NCBI RefSeq assembly: GCF_003992015.1
Contig: NZ_RQVK01000005.1
Coordinates: forward strand, 24,093-64,092
Length of the DNA stretch: 40,000 nucleotides
Direction: 5' to 3'
Source of the DNA: Veillonella sp. VA137
GTDB taxonomy: Bacteria > Bacillota > Negativicutes > Veillonellales > Veillonellaceae
The position numbers and the translations under genes are program-made. Position 1 is the stretch's first letter; each line of letters begins with the position of its first letter. Of the stretch, positions 7,567-16,108 are shown in pieces. A model generated the notes under the pieces. That model had not been told where the DNA came from, ran no database searches, and saw only the letters and a program-made list of their open reading frames with translations.

Positions 7567-7833
7567 ATGGATTTAAAAGCATACTGTAAAGGCCTAGGAA
7601 TCAAGCAAAGTAGAATTGTTAGATTGGTTGGCATCCCAAAAGATAGGCTATGTCGATTGGTTAATGGTAAACCAGTTAACCTAACGATTCTAGAGTTGAT
7701 GAAGTTTTGTAAATTCTTAGGATTAAAACCATCAGAGGTAACAAGCGGTTACGCCGTATTTATGGATAGCCAAAAGTTCTACTTAAAAGAAAAAGCCCCT
7801 CAAGGATGCGCTAACATCGAGGGACTTAATTAA
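7567..7833 (+). CDS. HTH-domain protein
   Basis: GIKQSRIVRLVGIPKDRLCRLVNGKP. Confidence 0.6.
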   Translation: MDLKAYCKGLGIKQSRIVRLVGIPKDRLCRLVNGKPVNLTILELMKFCKFLGLKPSEVTSGYAVFMDSQKFYLKEKAPQGCANIEGLN

Positions 7834-7871
7834 AATAATGTAACTATAGTATATCACAGGTGGGAGGAACC

Positions 7872-8045
7872 ATGGAAGATAATAGCAAAAAATTGTATCT
7901 AATAATTGATATGTTACAGGGCATTCCGAAACATCGATGGGATGCATTAGTAATAGAGGTGAATAGAGAGTATGAAAGAAACGCCAGTAAGGTGATGCTT
8001 ACTGACGTTTCAGGGTTAAAAAAACTACTCGCTAGCAATTTGTAA
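7872..8045 (+). CDS. hypothetical small protein
   Basis: The ORF-track ORF is 7860-8045. ATG 7872 follows GGGAGG. Confidence 0.45.
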   Translation: MEDNSKKLYLIIDMLQGIPKHRWDALVIEVNREYERNASKVMLTDVSGLKKLLASNL

Positions 8046-8217
8046 CATAGATAATGTCACTCATGAAGCATGGTTAGAGGCGAGGTGAATATAGATATGC
8101 CAGAAAAAGATGCAAATATTATTGGTGGTATTCAAACTGAAACATTACATATTCATGTAACATACAATACCTTCGCAGGATTATTGTATATGGATCTAAA
8201 AAAAGGAATCAAAAAAA

Positions 8218-9087
8218 TTATATCGATTCTACGTTGGAAATCGTAACACGTTTAATCTTAGGTGTAAAAGAAGCATAGGTAATAGTTCTTTGCATAGTGG
8301 CCATTATTGGGTATCCCTTTATAGAATCTATCACTAAATCGATATTTGCTGTAGGTTGTAAATCGAAGGGGATCTCTATATTGTTAGTATCCTCTTGATA
8401 CCAAAGTTTACCACTCATGCTTTCCCTATTGAAACTGAATATAGTGACACTTTTTACAATAGGAGCAGGGTCAATAATTGTTTTTTCCTTGAATACACTG
8501 TAGTCACTGTTGGTAGGAAACGCAATTATAGGAGATGAGATATCATTATTTTGGGCTTCAAACATAGTAAATTGACCATTTTTTTGAGCTTGTTCTAATT
8601 TTCTATACGTTGGTATGGATGAACTTGCAATGGTATATGCTTCTAGTGGATAAGTTGTTGTGATGTCTCCACAATTGTAGATGACGGTATTATTGTTACC
8701 GTTTACATTTATTGATGGTTGTTTATCATTTCCGATATCAGTGAAAAAACGTTGAGCTAGATCGAAAGCATAGGCTGTATAATCCCATAATGTTTTAGGA
8801 TTACTAAATCCTAATAGTGGTAATGCTAGTGCTACGCCTTCCGTTAGCAATAATAAATCAGCACCTAAAGAGCCTACGTGAAATTCTTTTACTAGTAGCT
8901 TATAACTTTTTTTATCATTTTTAGAAATATTCTGTTTGGCGTTTATTACGCAATATGTTTTATCAATAAGTTGTTGAAAATACAGTAGAAATGAAGCGGT
9001 ACTTCTTAAATCAATAGGATATTCTCCGTTGTATCCGCCAGAAAGGTGGAAAGATATCTTTTGTGGTGTTAATAGATTGTTACTCAT
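8218..9087 (-). CDS. hypothetical 289-aa protein, reverse-oriented AT-rich moron
   Basis: A long clean ORF opposite to the surrounding early operon. Visibly AT-richer than its neighbours. I recognise no motif. Confidence 0.7.
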   Translation of the reverse strand: MSNNLLTPQKISFHLSGGYNGEYPIDLRSTASFLLYFQQLIDKTYCVINAKQNISKNDKKSYKLLVKEFHVGSLGADLLLLTEGVALALPLLGFSNPKTLWDYTAYAFDLAQRFFTDIGNDKQPSINVNGNNNTVIYNCGDITTTYPLEAYTIASSSIPTYRKLEQAQKNGQFTMFEAQNNDISSPIIAFPTNSDYSVFKEKTIIDPAPIVKSVTIFSFNRESMSGKLWYQEDTNNIEIPFDLQPTANIDLVIDSIKGYPIMATMQRTITYASFTPKIKRVTISNVESI

Positions 9088-9133
9088 ACATTGTCCTCCT
9101 GTATTTAGTATACCAAATTAGAAAGAGAAAGCT

Positions 9134-9331
9134 ATGAAATTTAATAAAACCTATAGAATGAGGGGGTACGCCATGGTACCCATTGACATTACAATTCCCC
9201 TGGATGAGGGGCAAGACCCAGATGATGTGGCAGATAATTTTGATGATAGCGATTATGCGGAGTTCATTTTAGGGAGTGCCATTCCCTATATTATAAAAGC
9301 TGAAATTGATGAAATTGAGGAGGTTCACTAA
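9134..9331 (+). CDS. small highly acidic protein
   Basis: 65 aa with D/E-rich stretches (DEGQDPDDVADNFDDSDYAEF, EIDEIEEV). Lies immediately upstream of the YqaJ/RecT genes. Confidence 0.6.
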   Translation: MKFNKTYRMRGYAMVPIDITIPLDEGQDPDDVADNFDDSDYAEFILGSAIPYIIKAEIDEIEEVH

Positions 9332-9334
9332 AAC

Positions 9335-10267
9335 ATGTACAAAAAAATCTTTAACGGCAAGAATGCCACTCATGATGAGTGGTTAGAGGCTCGTAAACAA
9401 GGCATTGGCGGTAGCGATATGGCAGCAATCCTAGGATTTAATAAATACCGTGATGCGGTGAGTGTATGGCTCGATAAGCGAGGAGAGTTGACACCAGTCG
9501 AGGAAAACGAGCCCATGTATTGGGGGAATGTACTGGAGGAAGTAGTCGCCCAGGAGTTCGCCAAACGTACAGGGTGGAAAGTTAGAAACAATAACTATAC
9601 ATTACAGTCAATCGAGCATCCATACTTATTGGCCAACATTGATCGTGAGATCGTAGGCGTGGATGCGGGATTAGAATGTAAGACCGCCAATGCATTCAAG
9701 CGAGATGAATGGGAGGGGGATGAAGTCCCTACATCCTATTACATCCAGTGCCAACATTACATGGCAGTCACTGGTAAATCATCTTGGTGGATTGCTTGCT
9801 TATTAGGTGGTAATACCTTCATTTATAAGGAAATACCAAGAAATGAAGACGTAATAGAGGCTATCATCCGAGAGGGCAAAGTTTTTTGGGATATGGTGCA
9901 AAATGGAACAGTGCCAGCTGTAACTGGTAGTGAATCGAGTTCCGAAGCACTCAAGATGATGTATAACAAGTCAAATGAACAGACAATAGAACTTGATGAT
10001 GTTGCGGTTAATTACATTAACCAATATAACAATGCCAAGGCAAAGATTAAAGAAGCCACAGACGCTAAGGATGAAGCTGAAAATATCCTGAAATCCTTGC
10101 TTGGAGAAAATGAGGTAGGAACTGTTGGCGGGTTCAAGGTTACTTGGAAAATGCGAAAAGGTGCAAGCCGTTTCAATACAAAACAATTCCAAGCGGATCA
10201 TCCAGAATTACATAAGCAATACATGGTAAAAGGCGAAGATACTCGTTCAACATTTAGCATTAAATAA
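9335..10267 (+). CDS. YqaJ-like viral recombinase exonuclease
   Basis: The N-terminal motif HDEWLEARKQGIGGSDMAAILG is typical of YqaJ/lambda-Exo-like domains. Paired with RecT downstream. Confidence 0.85.
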   Translation: MYKKIFNGKNATHDEWLEARKQGIGGSDMAAILGFNKYRDAVSVWLDKRGELTPVEENEPMYWGNVLEEVVAQEFAKRTGWKVRNNNYTLQSIEHPYLLANIDREIVGVDAGLECKTANAFKRDEWEGDEVPTSYYIQCQHYMAVTGKSSWWIACLLGGNTFIYKEIPRNEDVIEAIIREGKVFWDMVQNGTVPAVTGSESSSEALKMMYNKSNEQTIELDDVAVNYINQYNNAKAKIKEATDAKDEAENILKSLLGENEVGTVGGFKVTWKMRKGASRFNTKQFQADHPELHKQYMVKGEDTRSTFSIK

Positions 10268-10281
10268 GGAGGAATTACAAT

Positions 10282-11169
10282 ATGGCAAGCGTATCACAGG
10301 GGTTAAGCATCAAGAAAGGAGCCGTACAGACGGCAGAATCACAAAAGGCGGTAACTATCCAAAGTTTAGTATCTCAAGAAAGTGTGAAAGCACGATTTGA
10401 GGAATTACTGGGAAAGAAAGCGCCAGGGTTTATCTCAAGTCTATTATCGGTAGTTAATAACAATAAATTGCTCGCAAAAGCGAACCCGAAGACAGTCATT
10501 GCAGCTGGTGCGATGGCGGCGTCGCTAGACCTACCAATTAATCAGAATTTAGGCTTTGCTTATATCATTCCTTACGGAAATGAAGCGCAGTTTCAAATGG
10601 GCTATAAAGGATACATTCAGTTGGCTATGCGGACTGGTCAATACCAGACCATCAACGCAGCTGAGGTATATGAAGGAGAAATCATCAAACAAAACCGCTT
10701 TACAGGCGAGTATGAGTTTGGTGAGAAAACCTCCGATAAAATCGTAGGTTACATTGCCTACTTCAAGCTAGTAAACGGATTCGAGAAATACCTTTACATG
10801 AGCATTGAGGAAATGCAAGCTCATGCCAAGAAGTTCAGTAAGAACTATAAAGGTGGTACTGACAAATGGGGCATCACAGACTTCCATAGCATGGCCATCA
10901 AAACTGTGCTCAAACGATTGATTAGCAAATACGGCATTTTATCTATCGAAATGCAAGGACAACCGATAGTAGATGCGATCACCAATGATGGCGGCAAGAT
11001 GACCATTAAAGATGATGGAACACTTGAAGCAGAATTTGATGGGGATACCATCGATGCAGATGGTATGGTAATCCACCAGGATGAGCCACATACTGTAATC
11101 ACAATGGATGATGGTGTTACTGTAAATACTGAAACAGGGGAATATATGGATCCCTTATTTAATAAATAA
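10282..11169 (+). CDS. recT: RecT-family single-strand annealing protein
   Basis: Motifs AYIIPYGNEAQFQMGYKGYIQLAMRTGQY. Adjacent to the YqaJ exonuclease. Confidence 0.85.
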   Translation: MASVSQGLSIKKGAVQTAESQKAVTIQSLVSQESVKARFEELLGKKAPGFISSLLSVVNNNKLLAKANPKTVIAAGAMAASLDLPINQNLGFAYIIPYGNEAQFQMGYKGYIQLAMRTGQYQTINAAEVYEGEIIKQNRFTGEYEFGEKTSDKIVGYIAYFKLVNGFEKYLYMSIEEMQAHAKKFSKNYKGGTDKWGITDFHSMAIKTVLKRLISKYGILSIEMQGQPIVDAITNDGGKMTIKDDGTLEAEFDGDTIDADGMVIHQDEPHTVITMDDGVTVNTETGEYMDPLFNK

Positions 11170-11188
11170 GTAACAAGAAAGATTTTAC

Positions 11189-12001
11189 ATGAAAAAAGGC
11201 ATCCAGTACTTTTCCATGGATGTGGACTTTTTCACAGATTCAAAAATCCAGTTTGTAGATGCGAGGTTTGGAGCTAAAGGTATCGTAATAACGATTAGGC
11301 TCCTAACTCTCATCTATCGACAGGGATATTACATCACCTGGAATGATGATGAAGCATTTTTACTTGCGAAAAGCGTCGGTGATAATGTAACCGCTTCTTT
11401 AGTGAGTGACGTAGTGCAGGAATTGGTTAAGCGAGGATTCTTCAATGAGGAATTGTTTAACTCGTTCAAAATTCTGACATCTAGGGGCATACAGGAACGA
11501 TATTTAGAAGCATGTAAGCGAAGAAAAACGGTTGAAATGGATGAACGATATTTACTCTATGAAAGACCTGAAAAAATTCCGAATTTGCATGTGTTACCTT
11601 TGTGTACTCAAAATGACGGTAAATGCATACGTGATGTTAACATTTCAGACAAAAATGTATACATTTCTGATGAAAATGTGCACGTAAATGGACAAAGTAA
11701 AGAAAGTAAAGTAAAGAAAGTAAATAAAGAAAGGAAAGAAAGTAAGACCGTGCTCTTTTATCTAAATCATTTTGGTGATGTAAATCCATTCATTGGAGCA
11801 CAGTTAGAAGAGTTGATTGACTTTCATGGAGATGATGAAGTAGAAGGCGCATTGAAGATAGCGGTTGAACGTGGTGTGCGTAAGCTTAATTATGTGAAAG
11901 GAATATTAAATAGTAAGGAGCGTGATGCAAATAATGGAGGATACAATAATGGAGCCCGTCGGGAAGTCGATTGGGATATGGAGCCAGATGAGTTGCGATG
12001 A
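11189..12001 (+). CDS. replisome organiser (DUF4373-like N-terminus plus DnaD-like C-terminal domain)
   Basis: The N-terminus YFSMDVDFFTDSKIQ.. is Lin1244-like. The C-terminus ..GAQLEELIDFHGDDEVEGALKIAVERGVRKLNYVKGILN is DnaD-like. Followed by a DnaC-like loader. Confidence 0.75.
   Translation: MKKGIQYFSMDVDFFTDSKIQFVDARFGAKGIVITIRLLTLIYRQGYYITWNDDEAFLLAKSVGDNVTASLVSDVVQELVKRGFFNEELFNSFKILTSRGIQERYLEACKRRKTVEMDERYLLYERPEKIPNLHVLPLCTQNDGKCIRDVNISDKNVYISDENVHVNGQSKESKVKKVNKERKESKTVLFYLNHFGDVNPFIGAQLEELIDFHGDDEVEGALKIAVERGVRKLNYVKGILNSKERDANNGGYNNGARREVDWDMEPDELR
11605..11750. repeat. candidate origin: iteron-like repeats plus A-rich tract inside the organiser gene
   Basis: acatttcagacaaaaatgt (11640-11658) and acatttctgatgaaaatgt (11661-11679) have a 21-bp period. 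Further (A/T)AAATG motifs occur near 11610, 11621 and 11684. An A-rich tract of (a)agtaaag-type repeats spans 11695-11748. Confidence 0.45.
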
Positions 12002-12701
12002 ACGACGGGAATATATTGCAAGCTTACTTGGAGAACCAAAACATACAGGTAAAACATATTCATTTGATAAACCAGTATATGATGAACCAATTTACTTGGA
12101 TCCAAGACCTATATTAGGGCGATATGGAGTACAAAAACGGCAACAACATATTAGCTTTGAATGGATTATTGATAAAGGTAATTTTAATGACTGCGATAGA
12201 GAAAGTTATCGAAAGGCATATCAATATGGGCAAAATATAACTGGAGCTATCAGCAATGGCAGAGGGCTTATTTTAAAAGGTACAGTAGGAACTGGGAAGA
12301 CTACACTTGCTATTGCGATTATGCGTAAGGCGGTAGAACAAGGCATACGTTGTCTATTTGTGAACAATATTAGCCTTAATGATAAGCTGCTGAATTTACT
12401 GAATAGTGACCGTAAAGAGCTTACCAATTATGACAAGCTGCTTAGAACAGTGCCACTACTAGTCATTGATGACTTTGGAGCGGAATCAGATAGAAATAAT
12501 CGCTCCTGGGTAGTTGAAAAAATGGAAAGTATCATAGGAGATAGATACGATCGCATGCTACCAATCATCATTACGACCAATTTAGGAAATGATGAGTTAA
12601 AGGAAAGATATAACTTGCGAATATTTGACAGACTTAGAGATACTTGCGATGTTCTTAATTTTAAAGGTCAAAGTTTGCGAGGAAATAAGGAGGAAATATG
12701 A
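11988..12701 (+). CDS. DnaC/IstB-like AAA+ helicase loader
   Basis: Walker A GTVGTGKTT and Walker B LLVIDDFG. The ORF track starts at 11922. ATG 11988 has GGAG 5 nt upstream and only a small overlap with the previous gene. Confidence 0.85.
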   Translation: MSCDERREYIASLLGEPKHTGKTYSFDKPVYDEPIYLDPRPILGRYGVQKRQQHISFEWIIDKGNFNDCDRESYRKAYQYGQNITGAISNGRGLILKGTVGTGKTTLAIAIMRKAVEQGIRCLFVNNISLNDKLLNLLNSDRKELTNYDKLLRTVPLLVIDDFGAESDRNNRSWVVEKMESIIGDRYDRMLPIIITTNLGNDELKERYNLRIFDRLRDTCDVLNFKGQSLRGNKEEI

Positions 12702-12955
12702 CTTACGAAGAGTTTGCCAAATCTTTAAACGAAGAGCAAAGAGAATTCCTAAAATTTCAATTAAAATTCATGCTAGGTGCTATTGGATTTCAAATTTTAT
12801 TAGTTGAATCATTAAAGGGGGAGGATGATTATGAATTTCTAAAAAAAGATGTGTTAGAAAACATCAAAGTTGCAAAAGTTTATTACGAATTGTTAGGCGA
12901 GAATGAGTTCAGACAAAAGTACTTGGATTGTGTTACAAAGTATACTGAACTTTAA
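12698..12955 (+). CDS. small early protein, LTxEQ paralogue family member 5
   Basis: EFAKSLNEEQREFLKFQL and VYYELLGENEF. Same motifs as the 5508-6651 array. Confidence 0.6.
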   Translation: MTYEEFAKSLNEEQREFLKFQLKFMLGAIGFQILLVESLKGEDDYEFLKKDVLENIKVAKVYYELLGENEFRQKYLDCVTKYTEL

Positions 12956-12969
12956 AAATAGGGGGATTA

Positions 12970-13206
12970 ATGAAAGAACAAACGCATGATGCAGTCAATA
13001 GTCCTAAGCATTACAAACTCCGAGGGCTTGATGTGGAATCAGTGGACGTGATTAAAGCTACACTCACACCAGAAGAGTTTAAAGGTTGGTTAAAGGGCAA
13101 CGCCATGAAGTACTTATTCCGATTAGGGAAGAAGGACGATGAAGCGCAGGATGCCAAGAAAGCTATGAAGTATCTGGAGTGGCTTGTTAAGGAGTTGATG
13201 CAATGA
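12970..13206 (+). CDS. DUF3310-like phage protein
   Basis: VNSPKHYK..G.DVESVDVIKA..GNAMKYLFRLGKKD pattern. Confidence 0.7.
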   Translation: MKEQTHDAVNSPKHYKLRGLDVESVDVIKATLTPEEFKGWLKGNAMKYLFRLGKKDDEAQDAKKAMKYLEWLVKELMQ

Positions 13207-13574
13207 ACATTCTGCTAATGCCAATTTGGGATGAACGATTTGGAAATGGTGAGGCTTATAAAGTTATCCTTGGATCCAATGAAAAGAAAATTAAAAACAC
13301 TAGCACATCATTACATTTTGATGCAGATACTGCATATGACGTAACGGTGTGGGATGAAGTTTTAACCCTGACAAAAATTGATTTTGAATACGATTCAGAA
13401 ATGAAGTTAATCGATGAGGGAATTGTATCGAAAGAAGATTTAAAAGAGTCAATTTCCGTATTGCAACAATTCGGTGGTAAATTTCGTGAATTACAGAAGG
13501 CGATTAAAGAAAGGGAACGCATAGATAATTGGTTGCATTCAAAACCGATTGAAATTGAAGTGGATTGGTGGTGA
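13203..13574 (+). CDS. hypothetical protein
   Basis: Clean ORF in the operon. No motif recognised. Confidence 0.55.
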   Translation: MNILLMPIWDERFGNGEAYKVILGSNEKKIKNTSTSLHFDADTAYDVTVWDEVLTLTKIDFEYDSEMKLIDEGIVSKEDLKESISVLQQFGGKFRELQKAIKERERIDNWLHSKPIEIEVDWW

Positions 13575-13578
13575 CGGT

Positions 13579-13989
13579 ATGAGACGAGATAAAGAAATGC
13601 CGATTAATTATGATGGGATTAGGAAGTTACATGAACATGCTGAATTTTTGAAACATGAAATGAACAATATCATGACCCACAGCTATCGGGAAAAGATTAA
13701 AGCGCAAGCGATGGTGTTATATTATGTATGCAACACAATTGCTGCGTTCACAAAGAGTCGGTCAAAGGCTGCGTATCAATGGGATAGATTCATTGTTGAC
13801 ATGATGGGGTGCTACTACTTATTCTATAGTGTTTACACCAGCAGGATATTGGAGTTGCGAGACGTGTTAGAAGTTTGTGAAAACAGTGATGCAGCATGGG
13901 ATAGTTTCGAGTGGATGATTGATGTTTTAAGAGACTTTGGTGAATCAGTTACACTTAGGGACCGAGATGCCTGGATTTATGGAAGATAA
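13579..13989 (+). CDS. hypothetical protein
   Basis: The ORF-track ORF is 13549-13989. ATG 13579 follows GGTGGTGA and avoids the overlap. Confidence 0.55.
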   Translation: MRRDKEMPINYDGIRKLHEHAEFLKHEMNNIMTHSYREKIKAQAMVLYYVCNTIAAFTKSRSKAAYQWDRFIVDMMGCYYLFYSVYTSRILELRDVLEVCENSDAAWDSFEWMIDVLRDFGESVTLRDRDAWIYGR

Positions 13990-14010
13990 AGAATTAAGGA
14001 GTTGTAAAGC

Positions 14011-14415
14011 ATGAAGAAAAAGGTAAAGAATTTGAGGATTTTTGCTGGAAGGTTAAAAGGAGCTAGAGATGAAAAAGGAATGACAGAGTTGGAATTAGCT
14101 CAAGAAGTTGCTGTATCTGTATCAAGTGTTAAAGGCTGGGAAAAGGGCATTACAAATATCAATAGCATAAATCTAGGTAAATTATCTCAGGTCTTAGGCG
14201 TTAGCGAAGAATATTTAACGGGTGAAGTTGATGAAAATCAAATTACAGAAGCTGAAAATAGTGGCTTGTTTACTCAAAATTGTAATCATGCAATTGATAT
14301 AAGCACGGTAAAAGAGCTTGTAAATAAATTAGTGTGTGATCGTAATTTAAGCGAGGAAAAACATACGATAGTAAATCATGCATTAGCTATTATTGAAACA
14401 ACCTTAAATGAATGA
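14011..14415 (+). CDS. XRE-family HTH protein
   Basis: MTELELAQEVAVSVSSVKGWEKG. Confidence 0.75.
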   Translation: MKKKVKNLRIFAGRLKGARDEKGMTELELAQEVAVSVSSVKGWEKGITNINSINLGKLSQVLGVSEEYLTGEVDENQITEAENSGLFTQNCNHAIDISTVKELVNKLVCDRNLSEEKHTIVNHALAIIETTLNE

Positions 14416-14425
14416 GGAATTAGTT

Positions 14426-14638
14426 ATGACAGAGTATGAAATAGAGGAACTAAAAGCGGAGGCCTTAGATTTAATTATGACCATGGCATATTGGCCAGGT
14501 GACAATGATGAACAGTTTTGGGAGGTAAAGTATAGAGCGTTGCCATTACTTAAACAGTTGAAGCCTGTATTGAATAATGATGAGTTTGAAGAATTGTACG
14601 AAATGTACGAGCAAGCGATTATTTGGGTGGAAGCATGA
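14426..14638 (+). CDS. hypothetical acidic small protein
   Basis: The ORF-track ORF is 14408-14638. ATG 14426 has GAGGA 7 nt upstream. Confidence 0.5.
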   Translation: MTEYEIEELKAEALDLIMTMAYWPGDNDEQFWEVKYRALPLLKQLKPVLNNDEFEELYEMYEQAIIWVEA

Positions 14639-15012
14639 ATATGATTGCAATCAGATGCGATTTTGTGTACCTAAACGAGTACATCAATAAAGAACGTCGC
14701 AATAAGTATGCAGCTGCTAAAGTCAAAGATGATTTAACTAATGAGGTGGCTTGGCAGTGTAAAATGGCTCGATGCACTAAGCCAAAAGGCAAAGTGGACA
14801 TGATGTTTCGTTGGCATGTGAAAGGTCGCCATGATAGTGATAATATCGCCTTTGCCAAGAAATACGTACTTGATGGCATGGTACAAGCTGGACTATTAGA
14901 AAATGACAATCCGAAATGCGTACGGCATTTGAAAGATTACATCTATCGTGATGTGAAGAAACCTAACTTAGATTATGTGGAAGTGTTTTGGGAGGAAGCC
15001 AAAAATGAATAA
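14635..15012 (+). CDS. RusA-like Holliday junction resolvase
   Basis: The motif HDSDNIAFAKKYVLDGMVQAGLLENDNPKCV resembles the RusA D.DN..K...D.L....DD signature. The ORF track starts at 14623 (TTG). Confidence 0.6.
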   Translation: MNMIAIRCDFVYLNEYINKERRNKYAAAKVKDDLTNEVAWQCKMARCTKPKGKVDMMFRWHVKGRHDSDNIAFAKKYVLDGMVQAGLLENDNPKCVRHLKDYIYRDVKKPNLDYVEVFWEEAKNE

Positions 15013-15391
15013 TGTTCAATTACTAGGCAATTTGGTTAGAGATGTGGAGTTGCGATATATGCAAAGTGGTTCATCGGTAGCTACATTTACGGTGGCAGCA
15101 ACAAGCACGTATAAGGGACAAAATGGAGAGGCAAAAGAACTCACAGCATTTGTAAATTGCGTGGCATGGGGCAAGAACGGCGAGCATATGAGCCAATTCA
15201 TGAAAGGGCAAAAGGTATTCGTACAAGGGCGGTTGCAAACACGCTCCTATGAGGCACAGGATGGCTCAAAACGCTATGTAACAGAAGTAGTGGCAGACTT
15301 CTGCACAGGGCAAGACCAAACACCAGGAGCGCAAACATCAACGAGCAATTTCGACAGTATGACAACATCACACGAGGAAATTCCGTTCTAA
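15005..15391 (+). CDS. ssb: single-stranded DNA-binding protein
   Basis: MNNVQLLGNLVRDVELRY..FVQGRLQTRSYE.. OB fold and a C-terminal EEIPF tail. The ORF-track frame is open from 14975. Confidence 0.9.
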   Translation: MNNVQLLGNLVRDVELRYMQSGSSVATFTVAATSTYKGQNGEAKELTAFVNCVAWGKNGEHMSQFMKGQKVFVQGRLQTRSYEAQDGSKRYVTEVVADFCTGQDQTPGAQTSTSNFDSMTTSHEEIPF

Positions 15392-15497
15392 TGTGGTGCA
15401 TAAGCTCGATTTTATGGGTAATAGGTATAATGTATCTAAAACTCATAAAGTCGAGCAATATGACCCCTAAATTTAAGTTTTACAGCGTGGTTGAAGC

Positions 15498-15965
15498 ATG
15501 AAAGATGGTGATAGGTTGGAGATGACAAACATATTACAAGAGATGAAAAGGATTAGTCGTGAAATCGACTGTTTACAAGACGAAATAAAGAAATTGCGGG
15601 AAGAATGCGACGGACTCAGAGCGACTGATTATAGCGCCCCAAAGGTAGAAGGAGGAACTCCATCTGGGATAGTGGATAGAGTAATTAAACTCGAAGATAG
15701 AATTGAGAAATTAAAGAAACTCATCAATAAACGATATGAGTATGTGGACATGATCAATACAGTTCTTGATAAAATGCCTACCGTTGAATATGCCTTGTTG
15801 ATACGTAATCGTTACCTTTACGGAGAAACATGGGGGCAGATAGGCAAGCTTATTCATACAAATAGAGAAACTGCTAGAAACCGAATGCATAAGGAGGCAT
15901 TGAAAGAATTTCAAAAATATTGCACAAATTGCAATGATTGCACAAATTGCAAGGATTGCAAGTGA
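15498..15965 (+). CDS. DUF1492/RinA-like late-gene transcriptional activator with Cys-rich C-terminal tail
   Basis: Coiled N-terminus, then LLIRNRYLYGETWGQIGKLIHTNRETARNRMHKEALKEF (sigma region-4-like). Position is just before a terminator and the packaging operon. The tail reads CTNCNDCTNCKDCK. Confidence 0.7.
   Translation: MKDGDRLEMTNILQEMKRISREIDCLQDEIKKLREECDGLRATDYSAPKVEGGTPSGIVDRVIKLEDRIEKLKKLINKRYEYVDMINTVLDKMPTVEYALLIRNRYLYGETWGQIGKLIHTNRETARNRMHKEALKEFQKYCTNCNDCTNCKDCK
15921..15962 (+). repeat. 18-bp tandem repeat (2.3 copies) encoding CTNC(N/K)D
   Basis: tgcacaaattgcaatgat (15921-15938), tgcacaaattgcaaggat (15939-15956), tgcaag (15957-15962). Confidence 0.9.
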
Positions 15966-16047
15966 AAAATGTGTTATTATATAGTTGCGAAGATTGGTTT
16001 TACCAATAGTTTTCACTCCTTATAATCTTATAAAACCCAAACACAAG

Positions 16048-16078
16048 AAATGACGTCAAAGCTGCGACGTCATTTTTT
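16048..16078 (+). terminator. rho-independent terminator separating early and late operons
   Basis: aaatgacgtc (16048-16057), an 8-nt loop, then gacgtcattt (16066-16075), followed by a T-run. Confidence 0.8.
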
Positions 16079-16108
16079 GTTGTCCAAAATCAGAAAGGCG
16101 GTGATACA

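Noticed and set aside
8097-8246. 49-codon plus-strand ORF (MPEKDANIIGG..) before the moron.
   Set aside because: It has a plausible RBS, but its 3' end overlaps the convergent 8218-9087 gene by 29 nt, and nothing supports it beyond being an open frame. I left it unannotated.
15711-16016. 101-aa minus-strand ORF overlapping the activator tail and repeat.
   Set aside because: Its GTG start sits inside its own putative SD, so there is no spacing. The hydrophobic repeat (AILAICAIIAICAI) is just the reverse translation of the Cys-repeat DNA.
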